A program made the translations under genes and the position numbers. Below, one piece after another: positions 48,010 to 56,724 of a DNA stretch of 59,469 nucleotides (position 1 is the stretch's first letter; every line of letters starts with the position of its first letter). The notes under the pieces were generated by a model. That model did no database searches. It was not told the origin of the DNA and was given only the letters and a program-made list of their open reading frames with translations. Origin of the DNA: an uncultured virus (IMG/VR IMGVR_UViG_3300037400_001251) (lineage: Duplodnaviria; Heunggongvirae; Uroviricota; Caudoviricetes); IMG/VR virus record IMGVR_UViG_3300037400_001251; one strand, written 5' to 3'.

Positions 48010-48681
48010 TCACTCACAGTTTAGATATCTAAATTCTGAAGAAAAACCAAATACTCTCATCTCGTAAGTTTCTTTGAACTCTTTTATAGATTCTTTGATT
48101 ATAGTATTCGTATACCCATAACGTTCTATTACTTCTTCTCTAAGATTAATAGTTACTGGTTTATACCTATCAAACAATGATAATATACATTCAGTTGTAT
48201 ATGTTCCAGATGTTCTAATCATATAATCAATATCAGCATCATATACATAATATATCATAGTGGTTTCTAATGGAACTATAGGTTCATCTTGCTTATTACT
48301 TAAATTGTATATAGTAAAGAAATCTATTTTAGAATCATCATAAGAAGATATAACATCTTTATAATTCTTTACTTGGCCTTTGCGAAGAACATTCACTTTA
48401 AAGCCATATATACCATTAATAGCTTTAGTAGTTATTTTAATCCAGCATTGATTTTCTATAAAATATAATGATAGATTATCTAATGGTATACCTTTATCTA
48501 TATAGAAATTAACTTTTTCAACTACATATCTTAAAGCTTTACTATTTTCATTAAGAGTTCTAGGAAGAGCAGATTCAAAATCAACTATAGATAAATGATG
48601 ACCATGTCTAGCTTTCATAGCTTCTAAAGGCCATAGTACATTCATAGTATACTGAGAATCAAAAGTATATGAATCTAGCAT
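48010..48681 (-). CDS. Hypothetical protein (possible paralog-array member)
   Basis: 223 aa, HLSIVDF. Confidence 0.7.
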   Translation of the reverse strand: MLDSYTFDSQYTMNVLWPLEAMKARHGHHLSIVDFESALPRTLNENSKALRYVVEKVNFYIDKGIPLDNLSLYFIENQCWIKITTKAINGIYGFKVNVLRKGQVKNYKDVISSYDDSKIDFFTIYNLSNKQDEPIVPLETTMIYYVYDADIDYMIRTSGTYTTECILSLFDRYKPVTINLREEVIERYGYTNTIIKESIKEFKETYEMRVFGFSSEFRYLNCE

Positions 48682-49337
48682 TTTAACTCCCTTCTTAGAA
48701 ACTTTAATTCATCTTGATAACAACTAGTTACAAAATTCTTAAGATGCGGTGCTAACCAAAATTCAGATACCATACGAACATTACCCCAACCTCTTCCTAT
48801 TTCAAAAATATTAATATAATTCGAATCATCTGGGTCTTCTACTTCAGCTATAACTATAGTATGTGTTTTACAATTACCAAATGAATATATAAATTTAGCT
48901 TCAAATATTAAGTTAATTATTTTACTATCACTATATATCGTAGGCTTAGTCCATGGTTCGGTAATACTCTTTACGTATATATTATTAGTAAAACCATCAT
49001 CTATATGTCTTTCTAAACTAACAGTAAAATAAGTTCCATCTCTAGATATCAAATCATGACTATAGTCTAAAGTGACATATTTACCTAATCCTAATTTGAT
49101 ACATTCATTATAATATTTGATAGTTTCATCTACTATTACATCAGGCATATCTAAATGTAAGAAATCTCTCTTTTCTAAGAATTGCCTACCTTCTTCATAC
49201 ATCTTAGTAGTAGGCATAGATTTAAGATTCCTTAAAATATCATTATCCATTTCTCTCATCATTTCTTGGGATAATGAATCAACTAATAGATCTGTAATAG
49301 ATTGTCCTGTAGTTGTAGGAGGATTGATGTTAAACAT
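48675..49337 (-). CDS. Hypothetical protein with a gp23-like N-terminal helix
   Basis: LLVDSLSQEMMREMDNDILRNL followed by FLEKRDF. Confidence 0.7.
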   Translation of the reverse strand: MFNINPPTTTGQSITDLLVDSLSQEMMREMDNDILRNLKSMPTTKMYEEGRQFLEKRDFLHLDMPDVIVDETIKYYNECIKLGLGKYVTLDYSHDLISRDGTYFTVSLERHIDDGFTNNIYVKSITEPWTKPTIYSDSKIINLIFEAKFIYSFGNCKTHTIVIAEVEDPDDSNYINIFEIGRGWGNVRMVSEFWLAPHLKNFVTSCYQDELKFLRRELKC

Positions 49338-49534
49338 TAGTTTGACTCCTCTGGTTCATACTTTTCTTTTAATCTCTTATAATCTTTTAACCAATTAGCT
49401 AACTGTTCATGTTCTTCAGAACAATGTATAGTCTGTAAGTTACCTTCTTTATCAAATTGTTCTACGGATAATTTACATAACCTTTTAGCATTATCTTCAC
49501 AATGTTTAATAGCTTCATCTAAAGTCATTGACAT
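49337..49534 (-). CDS. Small phage protein, MTLDEAI...HxQLxxWL type
   Basis: Paralog of 31741..31911. TTGAAAGGACAA SD. Confidence 0.75.
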   Translation of the reverse strand: MSMTLDEAIKHCEDNAKRLCKLSVEQFDKEGNLQTIHCSEEHEQLANWLKDYKRLKEKYEPEESN

Positions 49535-49557
49535 ATCTTTATAGTTGTCCTTTCAAA

Positions 49558-49767
49558 TTAATTTTTAGTCATTTCTTTTTGACAATCTGGACATATACAA
49601 GAATGGTTTTCATATAACCAGTCATGTTCTTTTAGCATCCTTTTACATTGCTCAGCACTATAGAATTCGTCTTCTTCTTCTAAAGTAAAATCATCAAAGA
49701 CATGAGTAAGATAAGCACCACATTTATCACATCTTACTCGATATATAGTTTCTTGTATTATACTCAT
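49558..49767 (-). CDS. Small zinc-finger protein
   Basis: CDKC...CPDC, TTGAAAGGACAA SD. Confidence 0.72.
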   Translation of the reverse strand: MSIIQETIYRVRCDKCGAYLTHVFDDFTLEEEDEFYSAEQCKRMLKEHDWLYENHSCICPDCQKEMTKN

Positions 49768-49928
49768 TATAGTTGTCCTTTCAATAACATCTTAAGTATA
49801 TATAGATATATACAATGTCTTATAATTCTTTCTTTTCTTTCTAATTTTTCCTTATTTAAAAATAAGTAGATTAAACTAGTATTACATATTATAACAACAA
49901 TTAACCATATTGCTACGTTGTCTATCAT
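49767..49928 (-). CDS. Small membrane protein (53 aa, not in the ORF track)
   Basis: MIDNVAIWLIVVIICNTSLIYLFLNKEKLERKER... Its stop overlaps the next ATG (TAATG). Confidence 0.5.
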   Translation of the reverse strand: MIDNVAIWLIVVIICNTSLIYLFLNKEKLERKERIIRHCIYLYILKMLLKGQL

Positions 49929-49936
49929 TATATCTA

Positions 49937-50125
49937 TCATCTAAGTATAATAACTCCAAAAAATATAACTAAAACTATAATCAATGGCAGATATAATGGC
50001 ATAGTTACATACCACCATGACCAATCTATAACACCCATTAATTTTAAACCTATAAATAAGAGGCCTAATAATTCTAAAAAACTTACTCCAGAATAAGATA
50101 CCTTTGGATTTTCATTATAACTCAT
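49937..50125 (-). CDS. Small two-TM protein (LKL.GVIDWSWW family, Tmemb_185A-like)
   Basis: LFIGLKLMGVIDWSWWYVTMPLY. Confidence 0.75.
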   Translation of the reverse strand: MSYNENPKVSYSGVSFLELLGLLFIGLKLMGVIDWSWWYVTMPLYLPLIIVLVIFFGVIILR

Positions 50126-50610
50126 TCTAAGTTATCTCCTTTCATTTCAGGTATCCATATAATAGGACTATTATAACAATCAACATCTAATTTGAATCTA
50201 GTACATATATCTTTAGATTGGCTAAACCTATCAATAACACTATTCAATTCAGAAACCATTTTTTCTAAATATTCATATGTTGGAATAATGGTTTCTTTAT
50301 CATGTCTAAAATCATTTTCATAGTTTATAACTATATGGTTAATTAAGCTTATAACCTCTTTATCAAATCTAAAATAGGTATTAGTATTCTTATATACAAA
50401 TCTGTAAGCATATCTATTAATAAGGCTTAATGATAAGTTTTCTTTAGGTACAAACTCCATAAATCTATCAAAATGAAAAATAACATTAGTATTATTCTCA
50501 CATATACTGTCTAGACTTAAAGGTATTATAGTATAGGTTCTAAATGGAAGAATACTATTTTGATAAGGTTCTTTGATAAATAACTTTTTAAGTAAATTGG
50601 CAATACGCAT
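50122..50610 (-). CDS. Hypothetical protein
   Basis: 162 aa, TTTGAAAGGA SD. Confidence 0.7.
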   Translation of the reverse strand: MRIANLLKKLFIKEPYQNSILPFRTYTIIPLSLDSICENNTNVIFHFDRFMEFVPKENLSLSLINRYAYRFVYKNTNTYFRFDKEVISLINHIVINYENDFRHDKETIIPTYEYLEKMVSELNSVIDRFSQSKDICTRFKLDVDCYNSPIIWIPEMKGDNLE

Positions 50611-50729
50611 TCTTAAAATTATCCTTTCAAATTAATTCTTAAATCTATATATTATTAGGCAGGAAGAAGTATTTCAGATATGAAACTTTTTAGTAAAGCA
50701 AAAAATTATATCTAAAAGGAGTATTTCTA

Positions 50730-51434
50730 ATGAATAGAAATGAATATATTCTTAAATTAAAGAGTTTAAAATCTATAATTGATAAACAATTATTAATAGA
50801 ATCTGAAAATGATAAATGGTATAATGCTCATTCTTCAGAAGTTCAAGAAGAAATTAACTTTTGTAAGCATTGTAAGACAGCTAGTCCTAAAGAATTACAA
50901 TCTCATTTAGAATCTGCTAGTAAATTATTAACTGAGGAAAATTATAAAGTATTAAAAGAAATAGGTCCTAAAGTTAAAGTAGGTAGTCCTAAACAAGCTG
51001 ATTATTTAAATAAGGCTACCAAAGCTTTAAAGAAAATATCTGAAAAAGTAAAGAATAATTATCATTTAGAATCTGTTAAAATGTCTAACCAAACTAAATA
51101 TAGTGTAATTATAGCAATAATATTAATTCTAATAAGCATTATATTACTTGTATTACAAGGCAATAATGAACATATAAAGAAAGCAGAGGAGATAAGACAA
51201 TCATTGTTAGATGACACCAACAAAGAAGGTGCTATAGATAGTTTGATTAAAATGCAATTACATTACCAAGAAGCAGGATTGTGTTTAGTACCAGGTATCT
51301 TAGGTCTTATGATTCTTGTAGATGTATATCTAAAATATCGTCAAGCTGACTCTCGCAATAATTTCTTATCTAATACCATGTATAAAGCAATGGGCCTGTT
51401 TAAGAATTTAGAAGGAAACGTATATTACTATTAA
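50730..51434 (+). CDS. Tagged membrane protein (YI..LK.LK..ID family), inverted relative to its neighbours
   Basis: MNRNEYILKLKSLKSIIDKQLLIES, two hydrophobic segments, AAGGAG SD. Confidence 0.75.
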   Translation: MNRNEYILKLKSLKSIIDKQLLIESENDKWYNAHSSEVQEEINFCKHCKTASPKELQSHLESASKLLTEENYKVLKEIGPKVKVGSPKQADYLNKATKALKKISEKVKNNYHLESVKMSNQTKYSVIIAIILILISIILLVLQGNNEHIKKAEEIRQSLLDDTNKEGAIDSLIKMQLHYQEAGLCLVPGILGLMILVDVYLKYRQADSRNNFLSNTMYKAMGLFKNLEGNVYYY

Positions 51435-51497
51435 TCAGAGTCTAAAAACCCCTTCCTTGAATTAAATCTCGGAAGGGGCCTTTAAGACTCTGGTTAA
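51431..51497. terminator. Bidirectional hairpin between convergent genes
   Basis: Inner stem CCCCTTCC/GGAAGGGG and outer stem CAGAGTCT/AGACTCTG, spanning both stop codons. Confidence 0.7.
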
Positions 51498-51949
51498 TGA
51501 GGTTTAATCAATTCTATAAAGAATCTCTCTTTAGTGCTATATAAGAATATACTTCTTAATTTAGTAAATGAACATATTTCTTTATCAAAAATTTTCATAA
51601 GATTAACTAATGTTTTTCTTTCTTTGTATATAAAATCTTTAGCAAATATAAATGAATCTAGTTCATCATCAGTAGGCGTTAGTGTATATTTATCACTAAC
51701 AGTATTACAGAATATTTGAAAGTCGCCTGTATTAGGCCCATGTATTCCACCTATAAAGATTATCCATTGTTTAACGTTATTTTCAAGTAATTTCCATATA
51801 GGTAAAACAATTAATTCTTTAACTTTTTTGATATCAACATCTATTATATGAGAATCCGGATACTTCTTATGCATTTCACCTTGTAGTATTTCATCATCTA
51901 TAATAGCTTTAAGATTTCTAAGTTTAAGAATATATTCTTTCTTATTCAT
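51494..51949 (-). CDS. Tagged soluble protein (YI..LK.LK..ID family)
   Basis: MNKKEYILKLRNLKAIIDDEILQGE fused to an unrelated body. Confidence 0.72.
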   Translation of the reverse strand: MNKKEYILKLRNLKAIIDDEILQGEMHKKYPDSHIIDVDIKKVKELIVLPIWKLLENNVKQWIIFIGGIHGPNTGDFQIFCNTVSDKYTLTPTDDELDSFIFAKDFIYKERKTLVNLMKIFDKEICSFTKLRSIFLYSTKERFFIELIKPH

Positions 51950-52063
51950 ATGATATTATCCTACATTTTCTAAGTATTGTCTAATAATAATGGCACAAAC
52001 TTTTACTTAACTAATTACTTAATGTATTTATATTCATTTTAGTTAAACCTGTTAGAATTAAGT

Positions 52064-52105
52064 AAAAGAGCCCCTTCCAAGATATTAATTCAAGGAAGGG
52101 GCTTT
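52064..52105 (-). terminator. Intrinsic terminator, near-identical inverted copy of the 51445-51483 hairpin
   Basis: AGCCCCTTCC / GGAAGGGGCT stem then CTTTT on the minus strand. Confidence 0.72.
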
Positions 52106-52121
52106 AATTGATCTTACTATT

Positions 52122-53699
52122 TTAAGCGTTGGCTAACATACCATCTATTTGATATTTAAGTTTCTTTAAAGTATTTACATATTTAACTGTATCAGAATCA
52201 ATATTATTAATATACTTAGAACTACCAGAATTATTCATCTTATTAGCTTCAGCATTTTCAATTAATTCCATTACACCTTTAATACAATAGTTACTTAAAC
52301 TAACAACAGGTGCTAACATAGAAACTATAAAAGCAGCTGGTCCTTCTTCAGTAAAACCATCTTGGGCTACTTTGATAAGACATACGCCTATTAAAGCAGG
52401 TGCTAACAATATACCTAAGAAAGCAACTTTACCTATAGCATTAAGAACACTATTAAAACTAAAGTTAGAAACCATTTCTTTTAATGAAGAAATAACTTGT
52501 CCAGTTACACCAACTAATAGGCATACAACTATACTAGCGGCTATTAATGTAGCACCTATAATAGTATAACCTTTCTTTAAGTTTTCTATATTAGTGCCAG
52601 CTAATTGACTAGCAGCATCAGCTACCATTAACTTGTCCATTAAAGTATTCTTAGCTTGCATCTTTTTAAGTAAGCCAATGTACTTAGCTAAATCTTTATA
52701 GTTATCACTATTCAAAGCGTTTTCAGTTAATTCTTTAACTTTGGCAATACTAGCTTTTTCTCTCCAACCAGCTATTAATGGAGCAGATACTAAAGCAGCC
52801 ACAGTTACAATAACTCCACTAATTATCTTAGCTTTACCACCGCCAATAGCTTTAACAGTTTCTTGAACAGCAGTCTTAGCTAATTCTCCACCCTTCTTTA
52901 CAGCTTCTGTTCCTTTCTTTACAGCTTCAGCAGTTTTCTGAGTTGTTTCAGCTGCTTTTTCTACTACTTTAACATCTTTAGTTACTTCAGCTATTTTCTT
53001 TACATTTTCTACAGCTTTCTTTACTTCAGGAACTTTAGAAGCAGCAGGAGCTACCTTAACATACTTATCTATTAAGTTACCCTGTCTAACTATCATAGGA
53101 TAAAACTTAGCTGGGTCTTTAGCTACATCTGTAGCCACCTTAGCTGTTTCAGCTACATTCTTAGCAGCTACATTAATAGTTGTAGTTAAAACGTCTTTTG
53201 CCTTTTTAGCTTGCTCAGCTTTCCATTGAGTTGCCGATGCAACTTGACTTAAAGCTTTCTGAACATTAATTTCTTTAAGTGCTTTAGACTCTTTGTATAT
53301 ACTATCTATAAGAGTAACTATTTGAGTATTGCCGCCTATTAGTATATTCTTAGCATTAAAGGTTTTTTTAGCTGCGTTAGCTAGTTTATCATCCTTTATA
53401 AAGATTGCACATAATTTTAGTATATCTTGTTTTACATCTTTAGTAATAAGTTCTGCGCCACTTATGCCGGTTTTCATAACTTTATCTATGCACTTGGTTG
53501 CTTCAGCTAAGAATTTAGGATTTGGCCTTCCATCTTTAGTGAACGGAACAGATGTAAACATATCTGAATACCAATTCAAGTTCTCCGCAAATCCAAATAC
53601 TATTTTTATCAGATCTTTGTTGTCTTTATACTTATTAAGAATTCTAACTACATCACTAAGATTAGGATTCAAAACACTTTCTAACAATGATTTTTGCAT
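52122..53699 (-). CDS. Multi-TM putative virion internal/ejection protein, tag at the C-terminus
   Basis: Ala/Lys/Val-rich helical middle, three hydrophobic segments, C-terminal KYVNTLKKLKYQIDGML. Close paralog of 56725..58344. Confidence 0.6.
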   Translation of the reverse strand: MQKSLLESVLNPNLSDVVRILNKYKDNKDLIKIVFGFAENLNWYSDMFTSVPFTKDGRPNPKFLAEATKCIDKVMKTGISGAELITKDVKQDILKLCAIFIKDDKLANAAKKTFNAKNILIGGNTQIVTLIDSIYKESKALKEINVQKALSQVASATQWKAEQAKKAKDVLTTTINVAAKNVAETAKVATDVAKDPAKFYPMIVRQGNLIDKYVKVAPAASKVPEVKKAVENVKKIAEVTKDVKVVEKAAETTQKTAEAVKKGTEAVKKGGELAKTAVQETVKAIGGGKAKIISGVIVTVAALVSAPLIAGWREKASIAKVKELTENALNSDNYKDLAKYIGLLKKMQAKNTLMDKLMVADAASQLAGTNIENLKKGYTIIGATLIAASIVVCLLVGVTGQVISSLKEMVSNFSFNSVLNAIGKVAFLGILLAPALIGVCLIKVAQDGFTEEGPAAFIVSMLAPVVSLSNYCIKGVMELIENAEANKMNNSGSSKYINNIDSDTVKYVNTLKKLKYQIDGMLANA

Positions 53700-53765
53700 T
53701 ATATAATTCTCCTTTAAGAATATTTAAATTAAGCTAAAATTTCCATATGTCTTCCAATAATATTT

Positions 53766-54689
53766 TTACTTAGATACTTTAATCTTCTTAATTAAGTCAT
53801 TAGCAAATCTACCTATAAGTAAAGTAGTCTTAGCTAATTCTTGATTAATAGGACCGAGTTTCTTTATAAGTTCAGCTCCTTGATTATTTTCTTCAAAATT
53901 AAATGAAGCCACTATAATTAATATGATACCAAATACAGCTGGTAATGCCAATATACCTATACCTGCGAATTTACCTAAAGCTTGTAAAGCTAATTTAAAA
54001 TTCTTTTCTTGTATAGCATCTATGATATCAGCAAATGGTTTAGTCAATAATCCTAATGCTAAGCATAGAATAGCTGATGTTAATATTAAAGCTATACCTA
54101 AAGCTATATAACCAGTCTTGATATCTGATATAAAATTACTAGCCATCTTTACAGCATCACTATTGTAAGAAGCTATCTTAAACCATTTCTTTTCTTGTAT
54201 ATTCTTTAATGCTTTCATACATTTAGAAAACGAAGAATAGTCTTTAGCACTCATAGCTAAATCAATACTAAACTTGGTGTCTTCAATAGCATACTTACCA
54301 AACAAGTCAATCTTCTTCCATAACTTTTTAACACCAACATAAGCTATTATACTGTATATAATCTTAGGAACTGCATCTAACCAATCTGAGGCAGTATTTA
54401 CTACAGCAGGACCATAGTCTTCTATTTCATTGGCTAATTGCCTAGTGCTTTTAATTACTTGGCCCATATCACTACTATCTTCCCATGCTTCATATAACTC
54501 ACTAGTTTTCTTAAAGAATCTTTTCTTATCTTTTTCTATATTATCACGTAAAATTTTGGTAGCTCCATCTTCGATGTCTTTCTTTAAGTCATTAATGCCT
54601 TGAACAGTCTTTCCTATGGTATCATTAATATCTTCTTTTAAAATACCTTGTAAAGCTTTAAGATTTTTAATGTAGATATTCTTATTCAT
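53766..54689 (-). CDS. Multi-TM putative virion internal/ejection protein
   Basis: MNKNIYIKNLKALQGILKE and the shared KTGY..LG..LI..S...C / GK.AG.GILALPAVFG domain. Confidence 0.6.
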   Translation of the reverse strand: MNKNIYIKNLKALQGILKEDINDTIGKTVQGINDLKKDIEDGATKILRDNIEKDKKRFFKKTSELYEAWEDSSDMGQVIKSTRQLANEIEDYGPAVVNTASDWLDAVPKIIYSIIAYVGVKKLWKKIDLFGKYAIEDTKFSIDLAMSAKDYSSFSKCMKALKNIQEKKWFKIASYNSDAVKMASNFISDIKTGYIALGIALILTSAILCLALGLLTKPFADIIDAIQEKNFKLALQALGKFAGIGILALPAVFGIILIIVASFNFEENNQGAELIKKLGPINQELAKTTLLIGRFANDLIKKIKVSK

Positions 54690-54707
54690 TATAATTAAAC
54701 TCTCCTA

Positions 54708-55580
54708 TCATCTTTTAAGTTTTTCTAAAACTGAAGCAATAAGTTTATCTAATTCATTTCTAAACTTATTAATTAAAGCTAGATTAAGATTTAATTTACT
54801 TAATATCTTAGTAAATATAGACTCTTCATTAAAGCCACCCATAGCTGCCATAATGAAAATGAAGCCTACTACTGCAGGTAACGCCAGTATACTTAGTACA
54901 CCTAATTTCATTACATCAGACATGAATCCTTTAAGATCCTTATTCTTGATATGTTCTATAAAATTTAAACCAGTTCCTTGTTGGCATAATCCGTATATAG
55001 TAAATAGTATTAAACTTACTAATGTTAAAAATACACCTATTACATACCAAGAACGTTTAATACTAGTCATAGCTTCATCAGCCATTTGAGAAGCCTTTAA
55101 GTCAAATCTATTATTAGGTATCTTTGAAGAAGTAGCATTTAATCTAGCATATAGTTTGCTTAGCATATTAATATTAATAGCATTCTTAGCTAATTCTACA
55201 TCTTCAGCAGTAGATGCTATAACTCTTTTTCTATAATCTAGACATATCTTTCCTAAGTCATTCCATAACTTATTATAATCAATATTAACAATTTGATATA
55301 TAATTTGAGCTGGAACAGTTACAGCATGAATACCGGTCCAATCAGTTAACCAATATGTAGTACTATCTACACCAAATTCTTCTATTAGTACAAATATTTT
55401 CCAAAGACTTCTATCGCCATTATAGATATCTTTTACATTAGATATGGTCCAGCCAAAAGGCATAGTATGCTTAGATATAAAATCTCCGATACCTTCTTGT
55501 AATCTAATCTGACTATCTATTATAGACTTAAGCTGTTTAAGGTTAAGTATATATTGCTCTTTAGTAATACTGTTAGACAT
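54708..55580 (-). CDS. Multi-TM putative virion internal/ejection protein
   Basis: QYILNLKQLKSIIDSQIRLQEG and the shared domain ILALPAVVG...GGFNEE. Confidence 0.6.
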   Translation of the reverse strand: MSNSITKEQYILNLKQLKSIIDSQIRLQEGIGDFISKHTMPFGWTISNVKDIYNGDRSLWKIFVLIEEFGVDSTTYWLTDWTGIHAVTVPAQIIYQIVNIDYNKLWNDLGKICLDYRKRVIASTAEDVELAKNAININMLSKLYARLNATSSKIPNNRFDLKASQMADEAMTSIKRSWYVIGVFLTLVSLILFTIYGLCQQGTGLNFIEHIKNKDLKGFMSDVMKLGVLSILALPAVVGFIFIMAAMGGFNEESIFTKILSKLNLNLALINKFRNELDKLIASVLEKLKR

Positions 55581-55643
55581 AACGAAATACTATTCTCCTT
55601 CTGAATATTAGTGATTATTAATTTATGCCTTTCAATAGAAGTG

Positions 55644-55692
55644 CCACGTGGTTAAAGCCCCTTCTAAGTATTTCTACAAAGAAGGGGTTTAA
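55644..55692 (-). terminator. Hairpin followed by CCACGTGG
   Basis: CCCCTTCT / AGAAGGGG core, related to the 51.4 and 52.1 kb hairpins. Confidence 0.6.
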
Positions 55693-55740
55693 TTTATAAT
55701 CTTAATTTAAACTTAAAAGGAAAACTTATATAGTATTAAG

Positions 55741-56688
55741 TTATTTTACCTTTTTAGTAGTTCTAGTAATTCTAGCAGGTTGAGCTTGTCCGCCTTGAGC
55801 AGCTGCTTCTTGAGCTAATTCTAATATAGATTTAACTGCTTGATTAGCTAATTGAACTACAGGAGCTAAAGCTTCAAGAATGTCAGCAGCTATACCTTGT
55901 TCTGGGAAACCATTTATACCTACAAATATTAGGCAGCCTCCTATAACTGCTGGTACAGCTAATACGCCAAAAACAGCTATCTTTGCCAAACCGGCAAGTA
56001 TACCTTTAATATTTAAAGATTTTATGGCTTCGATTAATGGACCAAACGTATCTACAGTTCCAGCAAATATTACGCATAATATAGCAGAAGCTATACATAA
56101 TGCAGCACCTACAGTTATATATGATTTCTTAAAAGCTTCTACATTACTAGATGCTAAATCTCTAGCACTCTGAGCAGTTGTAATCTTTGACCATAAAGAA
56201 TTATTGGTAGCAACTTTCTTCAAAGCATTAATATACTTAGTTGTATCTTGAAAGGTTTTGGCATCCATTGCTTTACCAGTAAGTTCTTTAACATTATTAA
56301 CAGATAATTTTTCTCTTAAAGAACCAAGTAATGGAGCAGTTATTAAAGTAACTAAAGCAATACCAACAGCAGCTATAGGTGTCTTATATTGAGCAATTCT
56401 AGAAAGTTTTTGCCAGAATACTGACGGAAGTTTTATAACATCTCCGCTCTTAGATGCAGTTTCTCTGGCCCTATTAAACAACTTAAGATACAATTTTTGA
56501 TAATCAGCTGTATTGCCTTCAGCTTTATATTTTAAAAGCATACCTATTTCTTCGACAGATGCTTTTAATTTCTGAGCCAATTTAGTACCTTCTGCTGTCA
56601 TTAACTCATTAGCTTCCATTAACATGATATTTATCTGATCAGATAAATTCTTTAATTTAGCAATATAAAGGTCTTTCTTCATATTCAT
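55741..56688 (-). CDS. Multi-TM putative virion internal/ejection protein
   Basis: LYIAKLKNLSDQINIMLMEA and the shared domain WSKITTAQSARD...LAVPAVIG...GFPEQG. Confidence 0.6.
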   Translation of the reverse strand: MNMKKDLYIAKLKNLSDQINIMLMEANELMTAEGTKLAQKLKASVEEIGMLLKYKAEGNTADYQKLYLKLFNRARETASKSGDVIKLPSVFWQKLSRIAQYKTPIAAVGIALVTLITAPLLGSLREKLSVNNVKELTGKAMDAKTFQDTTKYINALKKVATNNSLWSKITTAQSARDLASSNVEAFKKSYITVGAALCIASAILCVIFAGTVDTFGPLIEAIKSLNIKGILAGLAKIAVFGVLAVPAVIGGCLIFVGINGFPEQGIAADILEALAPVVQLANQAVKSILELAQEAAAQGGQAQPARITRTTKKVK

Positions 56689-56724
56689 ATTAAAAAGGAC
56701 TCCTTTAAATTATTAAGTTATAAC

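Noticed and set aside
51960..52045. Additional tagged-family gene between 51949 and 52122
   Set aside because: Only MNINTLSN-stop is encoded on the minus strand, too short and degenerate to call.
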